Of a stretch of DNA of 64,000 bases, positions 14,625-30,271 are shown piece by piece. The translations under genes were made by a program, and so were the position numbers. Location: the NCBI RefSeq assembly GCF_009914755.1, contig NC_060933.1; one strand, written 5' to 3'. A model generated the notes under the pieces. It ran no database searches. It was given only the letters and a program-made list of their open reading frames with translations, and was not told the DNA's origin. This DNA comes from the human T2T-CHM13v2.0 reference genome, Homo sapiens. The first letter of the stretch is position 1. Each line of letters opens with the position of its first letter.

Positions 14625-14934
14625 TAATCATCCTTCTTCCCTCCTGTCCACCCACAACCCTCATCACCAACTCTGTCTTCAATTCCTCCAATTCCCCAAT
14701 TCCATTTGCCCCCCCTGCTGAGTTTTAAAACACAGCAAGCTCCCAACTCAACAATTTGTGCTTGTTTTACTCTCTGCCTGGAATTCAGTTCTCTTAGATA
14801 ACAACATTCTGTCATTACCTTCAAGTCTTTGCTTCACCTTTTCTAGTGAGACTTTCTCTGTTGTATTTAACATTATAACCCCCTTGCCCAGCACCCCAGC
14901 ACTTCCTAATCTCTTCCTTGTTTACTTTTCAAAC

Positions 14935-15105
14935 ATTTTCTCTTTCTTTTTTCTTCTTTCTTTCTCTCTTTTTCTTCTTTTTTTCTTTTCTTTCTTTTTT
15001 TCTCTCTCTTTTCTCTTTTTCTTTCCTTCCTTCCTTCCTTCCTTCCTTCCTTCCTTCCTTCCTTCCTTCCTTCTTTCTTTCCTTCTCTCTTGCTCTCACT
15101 CTCTT
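14935..15105. repeat. (CT)-rich / (CCTT)n microsatellite, expanded Alu tail
   Basis: Near-pure pyrimidine tract abutting the Alu at 15107-15379. Confidence 0.9.
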
Positions 15106-15106
15106 T

Positions 15107-15379
15107 CTTGACAGGGTCTAGCTCTATGCTCAGGCTGGAGTGCAGTGGCACAATCATGGTTCACTGCAGCCTTGAACTTCTGGGCTCCTCCTGCCTCAGC
15201 CTCCTGAGTAGCTGGGACTACAGGTGCATGCCACCATGTCCAGCAAATTCTTTTTTTTTTTTTTTTTTTTAAGAGAAGGGGTCTCACTGTATTGCTCAGG
15301 CTGGTCTTGAAATCAAGTGATCCTCCCATGTTGGCCTCCCAAAGTGCTGGGGTTACAGGTGTGAGTCACCGTGCCCAGC
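15107..15379 (-). mobile_element. AluJ
   Basis: Alu consensus match with small deletions. Confidence 0.85.
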
Positions 15380-16559
15380 TTCATTTCCTAACACTCTACA
15401 TAATTTGCTAAATTACTGTGTTGAAGGTCTGCTTCTTCCCACTAAATTAGAAGTCACATGAGGTCATGGATTTTAGCTGTTTGGTTTACTGCTCTATTCT
15501 CAGTGTCTAGAGCAGTACCTAGTGCAGTGTGGGAAGTCAATAATTGTTTGTAGAATAAAAATTGAGGGTGTTTGTAGAATAAACTAGCATTTATTCTTGT
15601 CTTGAGTAAAAGCACTTGCAGGCCCTGGGGGCAGTAGAGAGGTGGGTGGTAGTTTTTGTGCCAGGAACATCACAAGCTGTAGGACACAGCTTACCTCATT
15701 CACATGCTAAGCTTACTCTGATGGTTTCATGAGTCAATTTTAGTTCTGCTCTCTGTTTACTGGTTGGGACTATTTTTCTTCCCTGTCCACTGCAAAGCAT
15801 ATCTATCTTCTTCCCATGTTCCCTATTTCGTGGGATGATCCTATTATTCACTCTGTCTCTAGAGTCAGAAGCCTGCCAGCCTCCTGCCATCTGCTCGTGT
15901 TCATCAGTCTTTGAACTTTACTTTCCAAATATCTCTTCAGTCTGTCTGCCCAGCCAATCCTTTGCCATTTCCTTCACCGTAGTGTAAGCCACCATCACTT
16001 CTCACCTGGACCACTGCTTAAACTTTCTCATTGGTTTGTTTGCCTCCACCTAAAGCTAGAGTTATCTGGTAGACATGTAAATCCTATCTCTCTTCTGCCC
16101 CAACAACCCTCTGCCCCACCAAGGGGGTCCCCAAGTCTGCAGATCCAACTCCTTTTGTGATCACCACTGTTATTCTCTTCATCCTCATCTTCTCTGGGTT
16201 GCACTCACCGCCCTACAGCCATAAGAGATGCTGTATAGGCAGCTTCCCCAATCACCTTTTACTGAATGGACCCTGTTCACATCCTGTTCCCTCTACCTGG
16301 GATGTTCTCACCTCAATCCTTGAGTCATCAAACTCCAGGATTCAGCTCAGGGGCTACAGGAAGGCATGGGATAAGTTAGGAGTCCCTCCCTTGTGCTCCC
16401 ACAGCACTCCCCTGCTGGCCCACCATGTTTTCCTGTACACAGCCTGTTATTGTACAGTGACTGCCTAACTCATGGTAAATGCTTAATAAACACTTGTTGA
16501 AACGTTGTCTTGTAACTGCCTCTTGTTGACAGTCTGGATACTAGTTCATGAGCTTTTTC

Positions 16560-16878
16560 CTTTTTCTTTTTCTTTTCTTTTTTTATTTTTTGAGACAGGG
16601 TCTCACTCTGACACCCGTGCTGGACTGTAGTGGCACCATCAGGGCTCACTCCAGCCTCATCCTCCCAGGTGCAAGCGATTTCCCTGCCTCAGCCTCCTGA
16701 GTAGCTTGGACTACAGGCTCGCACTACCATGCCCGGTTATAGTTTTTTTGTTTTTGTTTTGGTAGAGATGGGATTTTGCCGTATTGCCCAGGCTCATCTC
16801 GAATTACTTAGCTCAAGAGATCTCCTGCCTCAGCCTCCAAAAGTGCTGGGTTATAGGCTTGAGACACTGAGCCCAGCC
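16560..16878 (-). mobile_element. AluJ
   Basis: Diverged Alu. Confidence 0.85.
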
Positions 16879-16992
16879 AAGCTTTTTTCTTTTTTTTTTC
16901 TTCATTTATTTCACATGTATTTACTGAAAACCTGCCATGTTCCAGGTACTGTTAGGTGCTGGAGATATAGCAGTGAACAAGACACAGGATAG

Positions 16993-17325
<333 letters not shown>

Positions 17326-18981
17326 CTTTATTCACTTTTGTATCCTCAGCACTCAGCCCAGGGATGGGCACAGAATAGGTACTTTATACATATTTGTTGA
17401 ATAAACACATGAACCTTCTCTGACTGTTGGAAAAAAACTATGCCAAACAGATCTCCTTCCTCCCTTCCACTAACTGATTTTTAACTTTCTGCACATAAGC
17501 TGTTCCTTGTGGTTAGATACGATGCGGGCTAGACACATACAGATGTCACCATTGTGTGGATTTTTTGGTCAAAGTGGGGGCACTCACTAGGTCCATTTAG
17601 CTCCAATCTCCAATAGTCTTTTGGATCTGCTGCCAGGTGAGGTGTTTTTGTTTGTTTGTTTGTTTGTTTTTTTGTTTTTCCCTAGACCTAGTGTCAGTGT
17701 CATGGGATTTTTTTTTTTAACATGATTTTAGCTCTGATGTATTTCATTGAGTTCTCTTTAGTGGATTTATTTCATTTTCCTATAATTTATAAAGAAATAG
17801 AAATTTATACAGGCAGTTAGATCTTTTGTTTTGGAGATACACCATTTAGCAAATATCCTTGCCATTAATCTGCTTCGTATTCTGCTACTTGCTTTAGTTT
17901 CAGTTGTCTTCATCCACTTATAAAAATGCTTGCCTCACGGGGTTTGGCTTTGTTCCAGACTGCCTTGTGTATGTTGAATGTAGAAGGACGCACTTCATAA
18001 GAAAGGAATGGAAGCATAGCTCTGACAAGCCCCCACCATGAGTCAGCCCTGAGTGTCTGGAGTTTTACTGGAGTGGTAATTGATTTGTCTAGAAGAAATT
18101 GCTAAAACCTGGACTTGGGTCCCTCTAAACCTTTGTCAGCATGTGTTCTGTCTTGGTAAATCATAAAAGAAGGTCACTTTTTTTTTTTAGCTTATATTCG
18201 GGAGTCAGTAATTTTCAGGTTTTTGATCATGTGGCCTCTTTTAGGCTCTGCTTGGTCAAGAAATTCAAGACACTGCACAAGTAGAAACTGTTTATCAATT
18301 GTAGCGTGCTCTTTCCTGCTTGTCGTGGTCTCATCTGCATTAAGGTTGTTGCCTCTTCCTGGAAAAACTCCGTATATATACTCTCACTATAGGTACTCTC
18401 ATGTATTTGTCTTAATAAATGGCAAAAGTTCACTAGATGACTTAGGATTACTGTAGCCATGATGACAAAGTTTTGATGTCAAAAATCAGATTTAAGAGGA
18501 GCTCTAGAGAAGAGAGAAGACAAAAATGCCAAACATAAATAGAAGGCTTCTTTGTCTGGAATGCTATGGCCTCAGGAAGAAAAAGATAAAAAAGACCTTA
18601 CTCTTACTCAAACCTTCTGACACCTGTTTTCTTTGCTTCTGTCTTTCTCTCTCCACCCAACTTGATCTTTACTACCCACGTATACTCCTCTTACTCCTTC
18701 CCCTGGCTGCCCAAATAAACTTTTTCAGGGAGCATTTTTCTAGAGAAGAACAATCACATTGCACAACACCCACCTAAAACTTCTGCACTGAAGGTAGATC
18801 AAGAGAGGCCGAATTTAAACTCTGAGTAAGAGTTGAGTTGGGTAAAAATAGAATCTTCCCAAATTTCAGAACAAAAGAAAGTTTGTTTTGTATATCCTGT
18901 GTAATTCAGGATTCTGTTCGTTACTTATTGTCTTGGACTATCATATTTGTACCAATTAGTTCATTTCGTTGTTGACCTTTA

Positions 18982-19272
18982 GGCCAGGCACAGTGGCTCA
19001 CACCTGTAATCCCAGCACTTTGGGAGGCTGAGACAGGAAGATTGCTTGAGTTTTGGAGTTTGAGACCAGCCTGGACAACATACCTCATCTCTACTAAAAA
19101 TTAAAATTTAGCTGGGCATGGTGGTGTGCACTTGCACTTCCAGTTACTCAGAGGCTGAGGAGAGAGTATTGCTTGAATTTGAGAAATCAAGACTTCAGTG
19201 AGCTATAATCATGCCACTGCACTCCAGCCCAGGCAACAGGAGATCCTGACTCAAAAAAAAAAAAAAAAAAAA
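18982..19272 (+). mobile_element. AluJ inserted in the ERV relic
   Basis: TSD ttgttgacctt. Confidence 0.85.
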
Positions 19273-20522
19273 ATTGTTGACCTTCAACAATGGGGAAAAT
19301 GTTTAAGAGTAGCAGGATGAAAAAGGTCAGAAGATTCAAATAACCTATCTATGCATAATATTTTTAAGCATGGACTTGAGAGGGTAAGAAAAATAGGAAG
19401 TATGCCACATGAAACTATTTTAAAAGATTTTCTCTTAAGGGTGGATAGGGCAAAGATTCAAGAATAACAAACAAAATGATGAATCAATAGGTGACTTAAT
19501 AGACTTCAGGACACTTTCAAAGGACATTCTGGGGCAAACAAAAAGTGTAAGTAAAAGGAGCCCTTTCTTTATGCAAAAGCTCATATCTAAAATAGAGGAT
19601 TTAGAAAAAATCAATTGGAATGGGAAATTCCATTAGTGTAGATATCTTGATCATTTTCCAAGAGTCCTAAAATGTTAACTAGAAATCGAGATAATCTTTT
19701 GGCCTACTAGATAAAACAACTGGCCCCTGAAATAAAGACAGGACCCAAATCTCCTCTGTTCTTTAAGAATTTGGAGTCTGTGGAGAACACTTGCACTTAC
19801 TGTATGCAGAAAGGCCATTAGAAGAACTAATGTTCCATGTCAGAAGGACAGCTGTCCATATCTGTCTACTGAGTCTTTCTGAGGAGAACTTTGCACTTAA
19901 CATTTTCCTATTTTGCCTCTAAACTCCCAAAGGGCATTGTCTATAAATATAAATGAACAGCTATACTGCTTGCTTGTTGATATGGTTTGTTTCTTATGTG
20001 GAGATCAGACTCTTCTATTCCAACTATAATTAAGACTAATTGTTCTGCATGATGAATGCTTAGACCATTCCAGTGCATGATTCTCCAGCACCCACGGTGG
20101 ACTATGTCTTCTTACACAGAGTCTGAAGGGATGAAACCCTTCTTGGGGGTTTAACTACTAGTAGATGAAACAGACTTCTGAGGATTCTGAGTTGAACAAT
20201 TTAAAGTGCCTTTTTTCCCCTCACCTTGACTGACACAGCAAATCATGTAGCCCACATCCTAGGGTACACCTGACCAATTTAAAATCCTTAGTTTGAGTAA
20301 TTATGGATCACAGAAACCTTCGGGTTTTATTTTAGCTAATTAGGGGAGTCTGCACCATTGCTAACACTCCCGTTGTGCCTGGATTAATATCACAGGTGAG
20401 GTTAATCTATAGCTAAGCCCAAAGAAAAAGCAGCCTGGCTATCTAAGGTAGATGGTCATGCCAGGGAAATCATGGGGCATGACTCCAGAGAGGCTTTCAG
20501 ATCTTTTTGAAAATACTTTTAA

Positions 20523-20840
<318 letters not shown>

Positions 20841-21111
20841 TAATTATCATTGTCTTGCATCATTCAGGTTCTGTTGTCCAGAGAGCTGAATGCTTTTATG
20901 TAGCCTCTGGTTTGACAAATGGTGAAACAAATGATTCAAAGAAAAAATGAGAAGAAATGAGGCAGACTGATACTCAAAATGAAAACCAGATCTCTGTACA
21001 TGGAAAAATGGAACTGTGTTTTCAAGAAAAGCCAATGACAGTGGTGAAGATCTGGACAATCTTGGAGGGTCTTTCCTGCACCTTTAGTTGAGGGAGACCA
21101 GAAGGCAGATA

Positions 21112-21470
21112 ATGAGAATTAAAAAGAGAAGCTCCCACATTCCTAGGTGACGATGGATTGCCCTGTAACCACGGTAACAACGAATCCCCAGAACCTGTGT
21201 GACACCCATTTAATCTATTAATGAAACTCCCTTGGTAACCATTCTAACAGACACATGCCAGTAGGTACATTTCATAGCTAAAGGTCTACCATTCCTAAAC
21301 ACTGCTGCCTCTGAAACACCACCAGTCCACGAACTCAACACCTCCCAAAGCCCCTTATGCATCAGCCATGAGCTTTGTTCAGAGACTTTGCCATACAAGC
21401 ACAGTTCTCCCTTGTTTAACCAGAAATAAATTCAGTTTTTGTTTCATGTAGTGAATGCAGGCATCTTCCA
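21112..21470 (+). mobile_element. Probable 3' LTR of the ERV relic (family not identified)
   Basis: Follows the env relic and a purine-rich tract (gagggagaccagaaggcag); starts TG, AATAAA at 21425-21430, ends CA. Confidence 0.55.
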
Positions 21471-22067
21471 CCAAAGCAGCTTATGGATATACAAGAAAAT
21501 GTAGTTATTCAAATTCTCTTTTTCTCTCTTTTTAATGCAAATGATAGCTTACTATACACCACGTTTTGCACCTTGATTTTTTTCAATTAAAAATAAACCG
21601 TGGAGATCGTCCGTATTATCAGCAGCGATCTGAAGCGCAGGTTTGTTGACACCCCGTGCTGATGCTCTCTCCACATCTTTACTAGAAAATTTTGCAAGAA
21701 AGAGGGTAGTAGAACCACTTTCTCCTCTAAGTGTTGACAGCAGAGAGCTTTGAGTTTTTGAACCCTCTTCAAGAAATGAAAAGGCTCTTAGGGAGAGCAG
21801 TGTATCAGTTACAAGCACATTCTCTGGGGGTATAATTCTTGGAGATCTACTGTTAGCTAGGAAATTTAGAATTTATGACCTCTTTGAATCTCTGTTTTCT
21901 GACCTGTAAAATGGGGATGAGAATAATAGTATCTACAATAGAAGGTAGTTCTGAGGATTAAATAATGATGGAAAGTGCTTAGCACAGCTTTCTGGTGTGT
22001 CGTAAAGGCTTAATAAATACAGATGAAGGTTCTGATGCTGATGAATATGTAGGGAGATGCCTAGGGG

Positions 22068-22573
22068 ATGTGTGGCACTTCTTGCACTACCAGTGACCCC
22101 CTCTAGAGGGAAGCAGAAACCAAAGAAGAGGGCCCTTGGGTTGTCCCCAGTGGGTATGAACTTCAGGTCTCTAGTGACCCCATTGCACTTTGATCAGAAG
22201 AAAGATGAATGAGGTCAAACAGGAAGGCTTCTGGCGCTGCGGGCGGGGGTGGGGGAGGTCATTCAGCACAGGTGGAGACTGGGACCCAGAGAGAGAGAGA
22301 AACAGTGAGGTTAGAGCAAATGAAGGATGGGGATTGCTTCTTGGAGCAAAATGAATAGGCGTCCAGGAGTGGTGGGGACATTGTGCCTTTTAGTACAGAA
22401 AAATTATCACCTCCCGCCCTTTGGTTTAAACTGTGAGCCCCACTCACCTGCAGCTGGCAGAGTAGACAGAAGGCTGTCTGTGATGTCACAGAGCTGGGGA
22501 ACCAGGGAATGTTGGGGCTGGGGTGTTTGGACTGGACCACAACAGCGAGGAGGAGGGAGAAGTTCTGCTGAGC
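22068..22573 (-). repeat. Second copy of the ~500-bp local duplication, overlapping TEX48 exon 1
   Basis: Colinear with 2665-3165. Confidence 0.9.
22448..22520 (-). promoter_or_regulatory. TEX48: Probable non-coding exon 1 / core promoter of TEX48 (TSS not precisely determinable)
   Basis: Strong donor CAG|gtgagt at 22448/22447; CRE-like TGACATCA at 22481-22488; conserved in the paralogous copy at ~3040-3080. Confidence 0.6.
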
Positions 22574-22640
22574 ACGATGCCATGCTGGCCACCAGACTGT
22601 ATACTGGGGCACAAGTCCTGGGGCCTCAGGAAGCACCTAG

Positions 22641-23129
<489 letters not shown>

Positions 23130-23590
23130 TAAGTATTAAATGAAATCAGGTAAACATTTAACATGGTATCTAGATGTAGTAAGCACTTTAAGAAAGGGTA
23201 GTTATTAATAACATATGCAAAAATGAAGTGACATTTTCTTCCCTATTTATTTTTCAGAAAAGAAGGAATCACTTTGTATTGGAGTCCTGACAAAATCTCT
23301 CAACTTATGGGGCACTCTTTCCATTCCTTTATTTAGGACAACCAAGTACTATTCATATATGGGGAAGCCACATTGGATTAACATGTTCTCAATCAGTGCT
23401 ATCATTTGATGCACAGAGAGGTCACTGGATACAATAGAAACAGAAGAAAGCAAAGGAATTCAGCACAGCTGTGGGGTCATTCATGTGGTTGGGGCGGGTG
23501 ATGTGACTCCACAGCTGTGCTGAATTCCTTTAATAAATATTTGATGGTGAGTTAAACAGCCTTTGAAAGCTCACAGGTAAAGCCACATTC

Positions 23591-23900
23591 TTTTTTTTTT
23601 TAAATTATACTTTAAGTTCTAGGGTACATGTGCACAATGTGCGGGTTTGTTACATACGTATATATGTGCCATGTAGGTGTGCTGCACCCATCAACTCATC
23701 ATTTACATTTGTTATATCTCCTAATGCTATCCCTCCCCTCTTCCCCCCACCCCACGACAGGCCCCGGTGTGTGATGTTCCCCGCCCTGTGTCCGATGTTG
23801 CCCGCCCTGTGTCCAAGTGTTCTCATTGTTCAATTCTCACCTATGAGTGAGAACATGCGGTGTTTGGTTTTCTGTCCCTGCGATAGTTTGCTCAGAATGA
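23591..23900 (-). mobile_element. L1PA 3'-end fragment (5'-truncated insertion)
   Basis: ttatactttaagttctagggtacatgtgcacaa... L1PA 3' UTR; TSD taaagccaca(t/c)tctt; internal 21-bp tandem duplication at ~23773-23814. Confidence 0.9.
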
Positions 23901-24129
23901 TTAAAGCCACACTCTTAAATGGTAATTGAAGGTTCTCCATTTTGGCTGCAAGTGAGATTCACTTGAAGTGTTTTTAAAACAAAGAATACCTGGGGCCTAA
24001 CCCCAGATAAATTATAATTTTGGTAGGGTGTGGAAACTGGGTAGCAGTATGTTTACAAAAATTTCCAGGTGATTCTTGAGTATAATCAAGAACTGCTGAA
24101 TTCCATTGTGCAGGTCATTATATACAGGT

Positions 24130-24310
24130 AAGCGGTGGTTCTCAGATCAGGCTGTATATTAGAATCATGGGAGGAGCTTTAGAAAATGCCACTCCTAGCA
24201 CCTGCTCCCAGTCAGTAAAATCACTATTTTGGGGGCAAGGGCCCAGGTGTCGATAGATTTTACAGCTCCCCAGTTGATTTTAATTCGCAGCCAGCATTAA
24301 GAACTACTGA
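24130..24310. mobile_element. MER5-like hAT element
   Basis: gtggttctca...ttagaatca...agctccccagttgatt...agaactactg. Confidence 0.6.
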
Positions 24311-24546
24311 TTTATAGAGGTTTTTTTTTAATCATAAATTTCATTGATGTGATACAAATGGATCCTTTTTAGCTTGGGATGAGCTTTTCAGGAACAGCAT
24401 TATTTATATACAGATTCAAAAGCATTATTTAAAAAATAACTTAGAAATGAAGATAATATATTCTGAAAACCTGTGCTAGATGAGGTTAAAGATGTGTATG
24501 AAGCATTTGAATGAAATTGTTTCAGAAAATGAAAGATTGAGGATAG

Positions 24547-24913
24547 TGATATAGTTTGGCTGTGTCCCTACCCAAATCTCCTCTGGATTTGTAATCAAAA
24601 TTGTAATCCTCACGTCGGGGGAGGGACCTTGTGGGAGGTCATTGACTCATGGGGGTGGTTTCCCCCATTCTGTTCTCCTGATAGTGAGTGAGTTCTCACG
24701 AGATCTGATGGTTTTATACGTGGCAGTTGCTCCCGCTCTCTTCTCTTTCACCTGCTGCCATGTAAGATGCGACTGCTTCCCCTTCTGCCATGATTGTAAG
24801 TTTCCTGAGGCCTCCCAAGTCATGCAGAACTGTGAGTCAATTAAACCTCTTTTCTTTATAAATTACCTGGTCGTGGGTATTTCTTTATAGCAGTGTAAAA
24901 ACAGACTAATATG
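24547..24913 (+). mobile_element. MaLR solo LTR (THE1D/MSTA-like)
   Basis: tgatatagtttggctgtgtcc...aacagactaata; 5-bp TSD gatag. Confidence 0.85.
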
Positions 24914-25589
24914 GATAGCAACACAGGTATTTCCAAATTAATGTATTTTATATAATATGCTCTGGCAAACACATATCAGGTACTGACTACTTATAAGTTG
25001 ATGCTTGATTATTTCACCCATAGCACTAAATGTGTATATATTCAAATTGGAGAAAATACTTAAAATCTTTGCATAAAGAAACTGCCTTCTGTTTGGGGTG
25101 GTTTACCATTCAAGCATGTATGGTGTGATTACTTTCTTCTCTTTGGGTCTGGGAGGGGAGATGGGCCAACAGGCTTCTGTATTAATTTCTGGTTCAGGTA
25201 GGGAATAATGAAATCTTGACCTGATGCACTGGGCTAAGACAAATGGGTGGATTTTTACTCTGGTGATTTCACAGTGGGTAAGTTCTGGGGTCCGAGTACC
25301 TGGGTGGGACGCTTGCCTTCCTAACTTAATGCATGACCTGGGCCATAGCCATTAACCCCTCTAATTCTCAGTTTCCTTAACTTTAAAATAGAAATAATAA
25401 TAGAGTTGGTGTGAGGAGTAAATTAGACCAGCCATGGAAAGCTGTAAATGTAGTGCCTGCTAGAGAGGCAGCACTCAATAAATTTTCCTTATTATTATCT
25501 GGTGTTGAGAGTGAAGGATTAGCTTTCACACCTGTGGATGTGAAATCAGGGAATTCAATTTAGGTTTTCAAAAGTTTTATTTTGTTTAT

Positions 25590-26207
25590 TTTTATTTTTA
25601 TTATTTATTTATTTATTTGAGACAGATTCCCGCTCAGTCGCCCAGGCTGGAGTGCAGTGACTCTATCTCCGCTCACTGCAAGCTCTGCCTCCTGGGTTAA
25701 CGCTGTTCTCCTGCCTCAGCCTCCCGAGTGGCTGGGACTACAGGCGCCCGCCATCACGCCCAGCTAATTTCTTTCTTTCTTTTTTTTTTTTGTATTTTTT
25801 TTAGTAAAGACGGGGTTTCACCGTGTTAGCCAGGATGGTCGCGAACTCCTGACCTCGCGATCCGCCCGCCTCGGCCTCCTAAAGTGCTGGGATTACAGGC
25901 GTGAGCCACCGCGCCCAGCCTTGTTTTTAAATAAAGTCTCGATCTGTTGCCCAGGCTAGAGTGCAGTGACATGAACTCGGCTCACTGCAGTCTTGACCTC
26001 TTGGGCTCAAGCCATCCTCCCACCTCAGCCTCCCGAGTAGCTGGAACCACAGGCACACACCACCACGCCAGGCTAATTTTTAAATTTTGTGGAGAGGGGG
26101 TCTTGCCATGTTGCCTAGGCTAGTCTCAAACTCCTGTGCTAAAGCAATCTTCCCACCTCTGCTTCCCAAAGTGGTGGGATTATAGGCTGAGCCACTGTGT
26201 CTGGCCC
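25590..26207 (-). mobile_element. Tandem AluY (25590-25920) and AluJ (25921-26207)
   Basis: Two Alu bodies; the Y copy sits in the tail of the older one. Confidence 0.85.
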
Positions 26208-26209
26208 AA

Positions 26210-28550
<2,341 letters not shown>

Positions 28551-28634
28551 TTTAAATTTAGTTCTGAGCATGTTGCATTTGGCTCTAAAGGATACTCAAA
28601 TGGAGGTTTCCAGAAAGATCAAAGGAGATATTGA

Positions 28635-29058
28635 GTGTGATAGATTGAACTGTTGTCCCCAATTCTTTATCCCTGCCTATGGTTATACCTTTGCCATGGC
28701 CTCATTGTGGACAGTATGTGTTTCCATGCTTTTGATTTTGGATTTGACTAAGTAACTTGCTTTGGCCAATGGCTTGTGGGCAGAAGAATAGTATTAGGGT
28801 TCTGAGCTTATGCCTTAAAGTTCCCCTATGCTGCCAATTATGATCTTGCTCTTCTGCCAGTGTCAAGAAAAAGTATGCCCCCCCTAACCTATTAGTCCCT
28901 GGAGGACAACGAGAAACATAGATCAGTCATTCCAGGCAAGCACCCAGCTAGGCCCAGCATTGACCCGCATGCTACTCACAGATAAGAAAGTGATGAAAAC
29001 TGGGTGTTGTCACTGAATTTTTGGGTGGTTTGTTACACAGAGTGGATAAGTGAGATAC
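28635..29058 (+). mobile_element. MLT1-type MaLR LTR, old
   Basis: tgtgatagattgaa..., gtaacttgctttggccaatg, ggtggtttgttacacag. Confidence 0.6.
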
Positions 29059-29136
29059 AGGGCACAAGATCTCTTTATATCTACGAAGTACTGTCCATAT
29101 GAGAGGGAGGACAGATCACTCACTCCCCTTTCTCCT

Positions 29137-29740
29137 TTTTTAAAAAACTTTTAGGTTCAGGGGTACGTGTGCAGGTTTGTTATACAGGTAAACTCACACC
29201 TTGGGGGTTTGGTGGACAGATTATTTCATCACCCAGGTGCTAAGCATAATACCTGATAGGTATTTTTTCTGATCCTCTCCTTCTCCCCACCCTCCACTCA
29301 AGTAGGCCCCAGTGTCTATTGTTCCCTTCTTTATGTCCATGTACACTCATTATTTAGCTCCCACTTATAAGTGAGAGCATGCAGTATTTGGTTTTCTGTT
29401 GCTGCATTCATTTGTTAAGGATAATGATCTCCAGCTCCATCCATATTCCTGCGAAGGACACGATCACATTCTTTTTTATGGTTGGATAGTATTTCATCAT
29501 GCATATGTATCACATTTTCTTTATCCAGGCTACCACTGATGGACATTTAGGTTGATTCATGTTTTTGCTATTGCAAATAGTGCTTCAATGAACATAGATG
29601 TGCATGTGTCTTTATGATAGAATGATTTATGTTCCTTTGGGTATATACCCAGTGATGGGATTGCTGGGTTGAATGGTAGTTCTGTTTTTAGTTCTTTGAG
29701 GAATCACCACACTTTTCCATGATGGTTGAACGAATTTATT
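29137..29740 (-). mobile_element. Older L1PA 3' fragment
   Basis: aacttttaggttcaggggtacgtgtgcaggtttgtta... L1PA 3' UTR antisense. Confidence 0.85.
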
Positions 29741-30271
29741 TCATTCCACCTTTGTTTTTGAACAAGAGCTCTAATCAATCAGAGATCTTGGGACATTTCC
29801 TAGGTGAAGACATTAGTGAAATATTTTCCTGCAGTGTGGGGCCCAGTCCCCTGATGAGAAGTGGGGAAATTTAAGGCCAAACATGGACATGACATTCTAT
29901 AGCACTGGTTCACATCATGAAGGAATGACTCCCTTTTTAGTCCTTTCAATTACCTAAATTTAGCTGGATGCTACCCCCTCAGTAATGCCTCCAAACAGTT
30001 GCTGACCTCCCTCACAATAAAAAGAGAACAGCAGGCAGGCTCTGAATCTTTGGCAGGTGATGGCATCAGGCTAGAAGTTAAGCTCATTGTTTTGTTTTTG
30101 TTATGTTTATTTTTGTGTTGATCTTTTCTATTTATGGTAGTGGTATGTACCTTTGTTTTAATGTAAAAGAATAATATGGTTTAAAGAAAAATATTAAGGA
30201 AATAAGAGTAGAGGTAATAGAGTCACAGTGATATGTGAATAAATGGGGTTTAGAAAACCTCTTTTGAGATA

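Noticed and set aside
15690-15697. Strong minus-strand donor GAG|gtaagc in TEX48 intron 1
   Set aside because: No convincing matching acceptor identified; an exon cannot be supported without RNA data
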